From positions 1 through 28,023 of IMG/VR virus record IMGVR_UViG_3300020042_004274: a DNA stretch of 28,023 bases. One strand, 5' to 3'. The notes beneath the pieces were generated by a model. That model was not told the origin of the DNA and did not search any database. It saw only the letters and a list, made by a program, of their open reading frames with translations. Made by a program: the position numbers and the translations under genes. This document shows, in pieces, positions 8,289 through 15,564 of the stretch. This DNA comes from a virus. Its lineage: Duplodnaviria > Caudoviricetes. Position 1 is the stretch's first letter; the number at the start of each line of letters is the position of its first letter.

Positions 8289-10223
8289 ATGGCTAAGTTT
8301 GATGTCGAAGGTGCGCGGCGTGCTGGTTACACCGACGCAGAGATTGCTGACTTCTTAGCGGGTGAAGAAGCGTTCGACGCTGCCGCCGCGCGCGAAGCGG
8401 GGTATACTGACGCAGAAATTATCGGTTATATTTCCGGCCCTTCGACGCCGGTCAAACTTGAACCTGAACCCGACCGCTCGGCTGCACAGTATGCAGGCGT
8501 TATCTCCAGCGCGCTGCTACCCTACGCTACGGCGGCGGGTGCGGGTGCGTTGGCGACCAGCGTTCCTACCGGCGGCCTTGGCGCACCTTTTGGCGCGGCG
8601 GCTGGTGTAACGGCGTTAGGTGTTGCCGACCTTGGCACATTACTATACAATTTGGGCGCAACGCTATTTGATGCCGACAACGTCAAGCTACCTTCGCAAA
8701 CTATCCGCGAAGGTTATTTAAACGCTGGTATCGGGCGCCGCCCGCAAACGCCGGATCAAGAAGTTTTGTTCCGTACTGTTGAAGGCGCCGGCGGCGGTCT
8801 AAGCGGTGCGTCGGCGTTTAAAGAACTTTCGCGGACTGCGACCCCCGGTGTAACCCGTAACGTCATGCAGGAACTTGGCCGCGGCCCCGGCGTGCAAACT
8901 GCGGCTGGCGCTGGCGCTGCTGCTGCTCCTACGATTGGCCGTGAATACGCAGGCATTGAGAACCCTCTTGCACAGTTTGGCTTGTCGATGGTTGGCGGTA
9001 TGACCGGCGGTCGGATGGCAACGCCGCGTGCTACACCCGTCACACGCGAACAATTAGTTTCAAAGGCGACCAACGACTACCGCCGTGCCGAACAAGCCGG
9101 CGTTCAATTTGATGTGGCGGCTATTTCTAACTTGTCGCAAAGCATACGGCAGTCGCTTTCGCAGCCAAGCCTACAGTTTCACCCGCGCCTTCATCCGCGG
9201 ATCAATGTTGTTTTGGATGATATAGATACCGCTGTAGCAAACGCGCAAAAGAATGGTACGCCCATATCGTTTTCACAATTGGAACTTTTGCGCCGTGTTG
9301 CGCGTACCGCTGGTAAAAGCATAGATAAAGATGAACGCCGATTGGCATCAGGTATCATTCGTCAGCTAGACGATTTTGTGCAAGCGCCCCCAGCTAACGC
9401 TGTCATAGCGGGCGACGCCAGCGATGCTGCGACTGCGATAAAAAATGCACGGACATCGTGGCGGCGTATGAGCCAAATGGACGCTATTGACGGCATTGTG
9501 GAAAAAGCCACTAATTCTGCCGAAGGATTATCAGCTAACTCATTGCGGTCAGCCGCGCGGACGGTAGCCAACAACCCCAACAAAATGCGGTCTTTTGATC
9601 CAGACATTCAGAAACAAATAAAAAGTTTGGTCCGCGGTTCTGGCGGTTTGTCAACGCTTCAAACGGTCGGGATGCTTGGGCCTAAGATACCTAAGACAGC
9701 ACCTGAAATGATACGCGCTATCCCCGGTGCGAGTTTGCTGACAGGGTCTGGTACAGCCGCCTACAGCGGTTCGCCGGGGCTAGCTGCCGCGGGTCTTACA
9801 GTGGCTGGTACTGGGTTGGCGTCTAACGCCGCCGCTAACAAGCTGGCACTTAGCAGGGTTAATAAGATGGCTAACCAAGCAGGCGGCGCGCCTGCCCGCG
9901 AAATGTTTAAGCCGCAGATAGCTTCACAAGTTGCACAACAGTTTGATGCACCTGAAACTGCCCCCGCAGTAGATGCGAAAACTGTAGCTATTCCGCCAGA
10001 AATGCAAGCGGAAATGAATGATTGGTTTAATCAAAATCCGCGGGGCGCTGTTGACCTAAAAAAATATTCCGACTTCCGTCGCGGGTTAGACGAAAAATAT
10101 GGGTTTGCGTTAAACACCCCTTATGAAAACAACCCCGGCATTAAGTATTTTGTAGACCAATACAACAACCCCAAAGCTGCTGTAAGTCTTACAATACCTA
10201 AAGTTAACAAGATGAGGCGCTAA
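8289..10223 (+). CDS. Third DNA ejection (transfer) protein of module A
   Basis: 644 aa. Duplicated N-terminal 'AR.AGYTDAEI' motif, Gly/Ala-rich hydrophobic segments and a helical middle. Last gene before the lysis cassette. Confidence 0.65.
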   Translation: MAKFDVEGARRAGYTDAEIADFLAGEEAFDAAAAREAGYTDAEIIGYISGPSTPVKLEPEPDRSAAQYAGVISSALLPYATAAGAGALATSVPTGGLGAPFGAAAGVTALGVADLGTLLYNLGATLFDADNVKLPSQTIREGYLNAGIGRRPQTPDQEVLFRTVEGAGGGLSGASAFKELSRTATPGVTRNVMQELGRGPGVQTAAGAGAAAAPTIGREYAGIENPLAQFGLSMVGGMTGGRMATPRATPVTREQLVSKATNDYRRAEQAGVQFDVAAISNLSQSIRQSLSQPSLQFHPRLHPRINVVLDDIDTAVANAQKNGTPISFSQLELLRRVARTAGKSIDKDERRLASGIIRQLDDFVQAPPANAVIAGDASDAATAIKNARTSWRRMSQMDAIDGIVEKATNSAEGLSANSLRSAARTVANNPNKMRSFDPDIQKQIKSLVRGSGGLSTLQTVGMLGPKIPKTAPEMIRAIPGASLLTGSGTAAYSGSPGLAAAGLTVAGTGLASNAAANKLALSRVNKMANQAGGAPAREMFKPQIASQVAQQFDAPETAPAVDAKTVAIPPEMQAEMNDWFNQNPRGAVDLKKYSDFRRGLDEKYGFALNTPYENNPGIKYFVDQYNNPKAAVSLTIPKVNKMRR

Positions 10224-10225
10224 CA

Positions 10226-10408
10226 ATGGCTACTATCGACGAAACACAAGCGCAGCTTAACACGCACGAACAGGTCTGCGCCTTTCGGTACGAAAGTATC
10301 TGTGCGCGGATGAAGCGTCTGGAAAGCGTCGGTATGACTGCAACAGGTACGATCATTATGCTGCTGATCGGCATATTGTTTAACCTAATTCAAAAAGGCG
10401 CTGTATGA
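10226..10408 (+). CDS. Small membrane protein, holin/antiholin-like
   Basis: 60 aa, 'HEQVCAFRY' plus a short coiled coil and one C-terminal TM helix. ATGA overlap with the endolysin. Confidence 0.55.
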   Translation: MATIDETQAQLNTHEQVCAFRYESICARMKRLESVGMTATGTIIMLLIGILFNLIQKGAV

Positions 10409-10797
10409 CCATAGTCTTAGGCCAACGCAGTTTGTCACGGCTTGAAGGTGTGCATCCTGATCTGGTGCGTGTGGTCAAGAAGGCGGCTGCACTGTCCGAC
10501 CTTGACTTTACTGTGTTAGAAGGCATACGCAGCGTCGAACGGCAGAAGCAACTAGTCAGCCAAGGCGCATCGAAGACTATGAACTCACGTCACATCACCG
10601 GACACGCTGTCGATCTGGCGCCTATGATTGCCGGCGAAGTGCGTTGGGATTGGCCGCTGTATCACAAGCTGGCTAAAGTAGTTAAGGCCGCTGCGGCGGA
10701 TGAGAAAGTCCCGCTCCAGTGGGGCGGTGATTGGCGCACGTTCAAGGACGGCCCGCACTGGGAACTGCCTTGGGCGTTTTATCCGAAGGAGAAATAA
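10405..10797 (+). CDS. Endolysin, peptidase M15 (L-Ala-D-Glu peptidase type)
   Basis: 'SLSRLEGVHPDL', 'EGIRSVERQ', Zn ligands 'SRHITGHAVD', and 'WGGDW..FKDGPHWEL'. Confidence 0.92.
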   Translation: MTIVLGQRSLSRLEGVHPDLVRVVKKAAALSDLDFTVLEGIRSVERQKQLVSQGASKTMNSRHITGHAVDLAPMIAGEVRWDWPLYHKLAKVVKAAAADEKVPLQWGGDWRTFKDGPHWELPWAFYPKEK

Positions 10798-10798
10798 C

Positions 10799-10975
10799 AT
10801 GAAGATCGTATCTTGGTTAGTAAACCGTTTGAAAGAGCCTAGCACCTATGCAGGCTTCGCTGGTATTGCTTTGGCGTTCGGCTTGTCCGACGCAGAGTGG
10901 GCCACAGTATCCACGGCAGTTGCCGGTCTGGCTGGCGTAGTCGCCATGTTCCTGTCTGAAGCACCCGCCGAATAA
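10799..10975 (+). CDS. Putative holin (58 aa, two hydrophobic segments)
   Basis: ATG at 10799 with AAGGAGA RBS at about 10786-10792. MKIVSWLVNRLKEPSTYAGFAGIALAFG...AVAGLAGVVAMFL. Lies between endolysin and spanins. Confidence 0.6.
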   Translation: MKIVSWLVNRLKEPSTYAGFAGIALAFGLSDAEWATVSTAVAGLAGVVAMFLSEAPAE

Positions 10976-11187
10976 TGAAGTTCCTGATGACCCTGCTGGG
11001 TGTTCTGAACAAAGTGTTGGGACTTTGGAATGAACATCGTTGGAAGCGGCAGGGGCGTCAGGAAACCATTAAGGAAATGAACGATGCCATCAATGAGCAG
11101 ATTGAACTTGGCGCGGCTGCTATCAGCGTCCCTGATCCTGAGCGTGACGAACGGTTGCGCGACCGTTTCGACCGCTCCCGTAAATAG
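10975..11187 (+). CDS. Putative inner-membrane spanin (Rz-like)
   Basis: N-terminal hydrophobic anchor followed by a charged helical region. Overlapped out of frame by a lipoprotein gene. Confidence 0.65.
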   Translation: MKFLMTLLGVLNKVLGLWNEHRWKRQGRQETIKEMNDAINEQIELGAAAISVPDPERDERLRDRFDRSRK

Positions 11188-11317
11188 CTATTGTGCTATT
11201 GCGAAACCCATTAGTTACGATGTAACAAAAGATACATCAGAAACTGTCACAGAAATAGAGGCGCATAACAGCGCCTTTATTTGTATCTGTGAGGCTGATT
11301 GCCCGAAAGGCAAATAA
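11084..11317 (+). CDS. Putative outer-membrane lipoprotein spanin (Rz1-like)
   Basis: Signal peptide with lipobox-like 'LILSVTNG-C', additional Cys residues, and AAGGAA upstream. Overlaps the 3' half of the Rz-like gene. Confidence 0.7.
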   Translation: MPSMSRLNLARLLSASLILSVTNGCATVSTAPVNSYCAIAKPISYDVTKDTSETVTEIEAHNSAFICICEADCPKGK

Positions 11318-12499
11318 ATGCCGCCTACTATAACGATAGACCCAAACCTGTACAACTATTGTACGCCAAGACAGCGTGAGGTGCTTGAGGCTATTGAATT
11401 ACACGGCGGCGCTAAGGCTGCATCAATTGCATTAGGTATCAACCAAGGCGCAGCAAGCGATGCCTACATTGCGGTCAAGAAGAAGGCAGCGTTGCGAGGC
11501 TATGCTCCTGAGAACGATTTCACCCGGCCAGTGCCGCAGGGCTATGTCAGCAAGGGCGTGTCAACCTACTACAACTCCGAAGGCAAGCCGTCAGGCCAGT
11601 GGGTCAAAGCATCGCTGACGCATGAGGCGCTCATAGAAGCCATGCGTGAGACAGTCGCTGGCTTCAAGGATCAGATACAGCCGGCGGACATTATCGTTGC
11701 TCCAGCGGCTTGCGAAGAGCATCTGTGCAATCTGTATACTTTTACCGACTACCATCTCGGTATGCTGGCATGGCATCAGGAAGGCGGGGTGGATTGGTCT
11801 GTGTCCATTGCAGAGAAAACTATCCTTGCGGCGCTGGCGCAGATGATTAACCAAAGCCCGTTAGCGCATACGGCAATTGTCAATATTCAAGGTGACTTCA
11901 TGCACACCGACGGCAAGACACCCGTAACACCGACAGGTAAACACGTCCTAGATGCGGACAGCCGCTTCCCTAAGATACGCCGCGCAGCCATACGGATCAT
12001 CCGCTCACTGGTCGCGCTGTCGTTGCAGCGCCATCAAGAAGTGTATCTGATTATAGCCGAAGGCAATCACGACGTAGAAAGCAGCGGCTGGTTAGCTGAT
12101 CTGTTTGCGGTGCATTACGAAGAAGAGCCCCGCGTCACTGTCAACGATAGCGTCCTGCCGTTCTACGTATTTGAGTGGGGCAATACCATGCTGGGCGTGC
12201 ATCATGGCCACAAAGTCAAGAACGAAAACCTACCTCTGCTGTTTGCCGCGCAGTTCCCGCAAGAGTGGGGTCGCACTACCCGGCGTGAGATACACTGCGG
12301 TCACCGCCATCATCGTGATGAGAAGGAATACAATGGTGTGACAGTTGTGCAACACCCGACACTGGCTGCGCGTGATGCGTATGCCGCTCGTGGAGGATGG
12401 ATTGCAGACCGGGCAGCTTGGGCGATAACGTATCATAAAAAGTATGGCGCTGTAGGGCGCGTAATGGTAACGACTGAGATGCTGGATGCTGTATGTTGA
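11318..12499 (+). CDS. N-terminal HTH plus calcineurin-like metallophosphoesterase
   Basis: Phosphoesterase motifs DYHLG, GDFMH, GNHD, HHGH and GHRHH. HTH-like N-terminus 'TPRQREVLEAIELHGGAKAASIALGIN'. Confidence 0.85.
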   Translation: MPPTITIDPNLYNYCTPRQREVLEAIELHGGAKAASIALGINQGAASDAYIAVKKKAALRGYAPENDFTRPVPQGYVSKGVSTYYNSEGKPSGQWVKASLTHEALIEAMRETVAGFKDQIQPADIIVAPAACEEHLCNLYTFTDYHLGMLAWHQEGGVDWSVSIAEKTILAALAQMINQSPLAHTAIVNIQGDFMHTDGKTPVTPTGKHVLDADSRFPKIRRAAIRIIRSLVALSLQRHQEVYLIIAEGNHDVESSGWLADLFAVHYEEEPRVTVNDSVLPFYVFEWGNTMLGVHHGHKVKNENLPLLFAAQFPQEWGRTTRREIHCGHRHHRDEKEYNGVTVVQHPTLAARDAYAARGGWIADRAAWAITYHKKYGAVGRVMVTTEMLDAVC

Positions 12500-12502
12500 A
12501 TA

Positions 12503-12544
12503 CAGGTTTTTGGTGTGCAAGACGTAAAAAACTGATATAGGGGC
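12503..12544 (+). promoter_or_regulatory. Candidate promoter/imperfect inverted repeat before module B
   Basis: Longest intergenic gap in the window (50 nt), AT-rich. Extended -10-like TGaTATAGG at 12533-12541. Imperfect inverted repeat caggttttt / aaaaaactg. AGGGG SD-like sequence. Confidence 0.3.
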
Positions 12545-12549
12545 ACGTT

Positions 12550-13203
12550 ATGGCCACTGCGATGACATATACCAGTCTTCTCAACGACCTCCGGAATTAT
12601 CTGGAGCGTGGGGCTACGCTGGCTACTGATCCATCAGTTTTTGTGCAGCTACCAAGTCTTATTGGCCTTGCTGAACGTCGTCTGGCGAGAGAGCTTAAAG
12701 TACAAGGGACTGTCAATGTTGTTAATTCTGCAATGACTCAGGGGCAGGCGACATATCCAAAGCCTGATCGCTGGCGTGAAACCGTCAGTATGCGTGTCGG
12801 AACTGGGACTGGTTATAATACTACGCAGGAGATCTTCCCGCGTGCTTACGAATATCTGCGGCAGTATTGGCCAAACCAGACTCTCACTGGGACGCCTAGA
12901 TTTTATGCTGACTATGACTATCAGAATTGGTTCTTTGCGCCAACGCCCTCTGATGATTTTCCTTATGAGATAATTTATTATGAGCTGCCGCCACTTCTTG
13001 GTGATGACGTTCAGACAAACTGGTTCACCGAATACGCGCCTAACGCGCTGCTCTACGCCACACTTATGGAAGCCGCTCCGTTCCTGAAGAACGAAGAGAT
13101 TATTCCAATTTGGCAGGCATTTTATGACCGTGCCGTCGCGGCGCTTAATGGCGAGGATATTCGCCAGATTGCTGATCGCGGCATTATCCGCAGGGAGGAC
13201 TAA
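12550..13203 (+). CDS. Second head-to-tail adaptor (different family from <1-707)
   Basis: 'MTYTSL...L.NYLER...P..I.LAERRLAREL', 'GTPRFYA', 'APTP', 'TNW....PNALLYATL.EA.PFLKN' pattern of podovirus adaptors. Confidence 0.8.
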   Translation: MATAMTYTSLLNDLRNYLERGATLATDPSVFVQLPSLIGLAERRLARELKVQGTVNVVNSAMTQGQATYPKPDRWRETVSMRVGTGTGYNTTQEIFPRAYEYLRQYWPNQTLTGTPRFYADYDYQNWFFAPTPSDDFPYEIIYYELPPLLGDDVQTNWFTEYAPNALLYATLMEAAPFLKNEEIIPIWQAFYDRAVAALNGEDIRQIADRGIIRRED

Positions 13204-13205
13204 TA

Positions 13206-15233
13206 GTGCCGTCGTTCACAAATACTTTTGGTGGCACAGTCGTCTATCCGGCTGATGTAAGCTATCGCGCAGTAGCTCTTTCAGCGAACGTCACACTGAC
13301 GTGGCCTACTGAGCTTGCGACAGACAGCAATGTGGTTGCATCCATCATGGATGTTACGCCTTCTGCTGGCAGTCTCACGATCCGTATGCCTGATGCAACA
13401 CAGGCAAGCGTCGGCCAAACCGCTCTGTTCTTCAACGTCGGCGCGTCTTCATTCACAGTAGCTGATAACAGCGGCAACACGATCCAGACGATTGCCTCCG
13501 GTCAGGCGTGGCAGATCTACCTTACGGGTAATGCGACCGTTAACGGTACATGGCGTCCGATTCAGTATGGTGTCGGCACATCCTCCTCATCTGCAAGCGC
13601 GTTAGCTGGTGCCGGACTCAAGGCAATCACGACGACGCTGAATCAGGCGGCTTCCACGACATTACTATCGGCTAACTATACGCTTACATCCGTTGACCGC
13701 GCTCGTGTAATCGTCTGGAATGGCGGCGCTGGCACGTTCACGATGCCATCTGCTTCTGCGGCGGCGAATGACTGGTTCTTCGACGCACGTAACTCAGGCA
13801 CAGGCGGTCTTACGATCCAGCCTTCTGGGGGTGAACTGATTAACGGACAGGCCAATTTAGTATTTAATCCCGGTGACAGCGCACGCATCATCACTGACGG
13901 GACTAGCTTCTACACGCTTGGCTATGGTCAGAGTTCGACGTTTGCCTTTGACTATGTGTCGATCAGCCTTACGGGTCAGCCGAGTCCTTACACGCTAACT
14001 GGTACAGACCTGAACCGTATTGCTTACCAGTTCAGCGGCGTCCTGACCGCAAACATGCAGATCGTTGTTCCCAACACAATCCAGCAATACTGGATCCGGA
14101 ACAATACAACTGGCAGCTACACACTCACGGTTAAGACAGCGGCTGGCACGGGTGTGATTGTCGTCCAGAGCGGCGCCTCCATCCTGTACTGTGATGGCAC
14201 GAACGTGGTTCAGGCAGAGACTGCGAGCCTCAGCGTCCCTGTGGCCATTGCTCAGGGTGGTACAGGTGCGACGACGGCTGGGGGTGCTCTGGTCAACCTT
14301 GGCGGCACATCGCTCGGTATTGGTATCTTCACGGCAGTCAACGCAGCCACAGCGCGTGCATCGATTGGCGCAGCCGCTTCTGGTGCCAACAGCGACATTA
14401 CCTCACTCTCGGCCCTAACAACACCTTTGAGCGTGCCTCAGGGTGGTACTGGACTTTCGACTGTCCCTGCAAATGGTCGGCTGCTTATTGGTAACGGTAC
14501 TAACTATACACTCACCAACCTGACAGCAGGTACTGGGGTTAGCATCACCAATGGCTCTGGCACGATCACGATTAACAGCACAGGCGTCACTGTATATCCG
14601 GGCGCGGGTATTCCGCTCAGCACGGGAACGTCGTGGGGCACGTCATATGGAACGACGGGTACCGGCGCAAGCGTTGCCCTCGTTGACGGTCCGGGCTTTA
14701 CCGGCATTCCAACGGCACCGACAGCAGCACCCGGCACGAACTCAGTTCAGATCGCGACAACGGCTTTTGTCATCGGTACAGCATTTTCTGCAGCACTTCC
14801 GGGGCAAGCGGGCAACGCTGGTAAATTCATCACCACAGATGGGACGACAGCCTCATGGGCATATGTTCCGGTCACTGGAATAAATGCAACTGGTACACTG
14901 ACAGCGAACACATTCCTGAGTGGTGCTGGAACGTGGTCAGCTATTCCTATTGCTGGGATTAACGCTACTGGCACGCCCAGCGCGAACACATTTTTAAGCG
15001 GCGCGGGCACTTGGTCGGGAATACCGATGTCAGGGCTCTCAGCAACTGGCACGCCAAGCGCCAGCAATTATCTGCGTGGGGATGGGTTTTGGGATGTCAT
15101 CAGTGCGGCAACCATTCTTCCTTCTCAGGCTGGTAATGCAGGTAAATATCTGCGAACTGACGGTACAAACTTGAGTTGGCAGCAAACAGCTGGTATGTCG
15201 ACACCGAAGGCGTATTATTTTTCTAGCTTCTAA
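13206..15233 (+). CDS. Tail fibre protein
   Basis: GTG start, 675 aa. Fibre motifs 'YCDGTNVV', 'V.QGGTG'-type x2, 'GANSDITSL', 'PTAPTAAPGTNSVQIATTAFV' and 'LP.QAGNAGK...TDGT..SW' x2. Confidence 0.85.
   Translation: MPSFTNTFGGTVVYPADVSYRAVALSANVTLTWPTELATDSNVVASIMDVTPSAGSLTIRMPDATQASVGQTALFFNVGASSFTVADNSGNTIQTIASGQAWQIYLTGNATVNGTWRPIQYGVGTSSSSASALAGAGLKAITTTLNQAASTTLLSANYTLTSVDRARVIVWNGGAGTFTMPSASAAANDWFFDARNSGTGGLTIQPSGGELINGQANLVFNPGDSARIITDGTSFYTLGYGQSSTFAFDYVSISLTGQPSPYTLTGTDLNRIAYQFSGVLTANMQIVVPNTIQQYWIRNNTTGSYTLTVKTAAGTGVIVVQSGASILYCDGTNVVQAETASLSVPVAIAQGGTGATTAGGALVNLGGTSLGIGIFTAVNAATARASIGAAASGANSDITSLSALTTPLSVPQGGTGLSTVPANGRLLIGNGTNYTLTNLTAGTGVSITNGSGTITINSTGVTVYPGAGIPLSTGTSWGTSYGTTGTGASVALVDGPGFTGIPTAPTAAPGTNSVQIATTAFVIGTAFSAALPGQAGNAGKFITTDGTTASWAYVPVTGINATGTLTANTFLSGAGTWSAIPIAGINATGTPSANTFLSGAGTWSGIPMSGLSATGTPSASNYLRGDGFWDVISAATILPSQAGNAGKYLRTDGTNLSWQQTAGMSTPKAYYFSSF
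14865..15098 (+). repeat. 3 x 78-nt (26-aa) fibre shaft repeat
   Basis: VPVTGINATGTLTANTFLSGAGTWSA / IPIAGINATGTPSANTFLSGAGTWSG / IPMSGLSATGTPSASNYLRGDGFWDV at 14865, 14943 and 15021. Confidence 0.9.
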
Positions 15234-15247
15234 TAGGGATTGAGTCG

Positions 15248-15562
15248 ATGGCGACTGGCATTTTAGGACAGGCTGCACCGGCAGCAACAACCAATACGGT
15301 GGTTTATACCGTTCCTGCGGCTACGGTTACGGTTGCTACGATCAGTATCGTAAACACGACACTTATTCCCATCGCTGTTCGCTTGGCCATCGCGTCTTCG
15401 GGAACTCCGGCGGCTTCGGAATATATTGAATATGATACCATTATTTCTGCAAGCGGTGTGCTAGAGCGGTCAGGTATTGTAATGAACGCAACTGAAGCTG
15501 TAGTTGTTTTCGCCACTTCTGTTGGGCTGTCTGTCAGCGTATATGGTTACGAGGAGGTTTAA
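15248..15562 (+). CDS. Small beta-rich fibre-associated virion protein
   Basis: 104 aa, 'TVVYTVPA...ISIVN...VRLAI...EYIEYD...GVLERSGIV...SVYGYEE'. Positional counterpart of 3690-4028. Confidence 0.6.
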   Translation: MATGILGQAAPAATTNTVVYTVPAATVTVATISIVNTTLIPIAVRLAIASSGTPAASEYIEYDTIISASGVLERSGIVMNATEAVVVFATSVGLSVSVYGYEEV

Positions 15563-15564
15563 GA

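Noticed and set aside
10700-10798. 91-aa extended version of the holin-like ORF
   Set aside because: It overlaps the endolysin. The ATG at 10799 has a strong AAGGAGA RBS and gives a more plausible protein.
12503-12534. Rho-independent terminator after the phosphoesterase
   Set aside because: The stem is AT-rich and imperfect, with a long loop and no downstream U-tract. It is kept only as a possible regulatory site.
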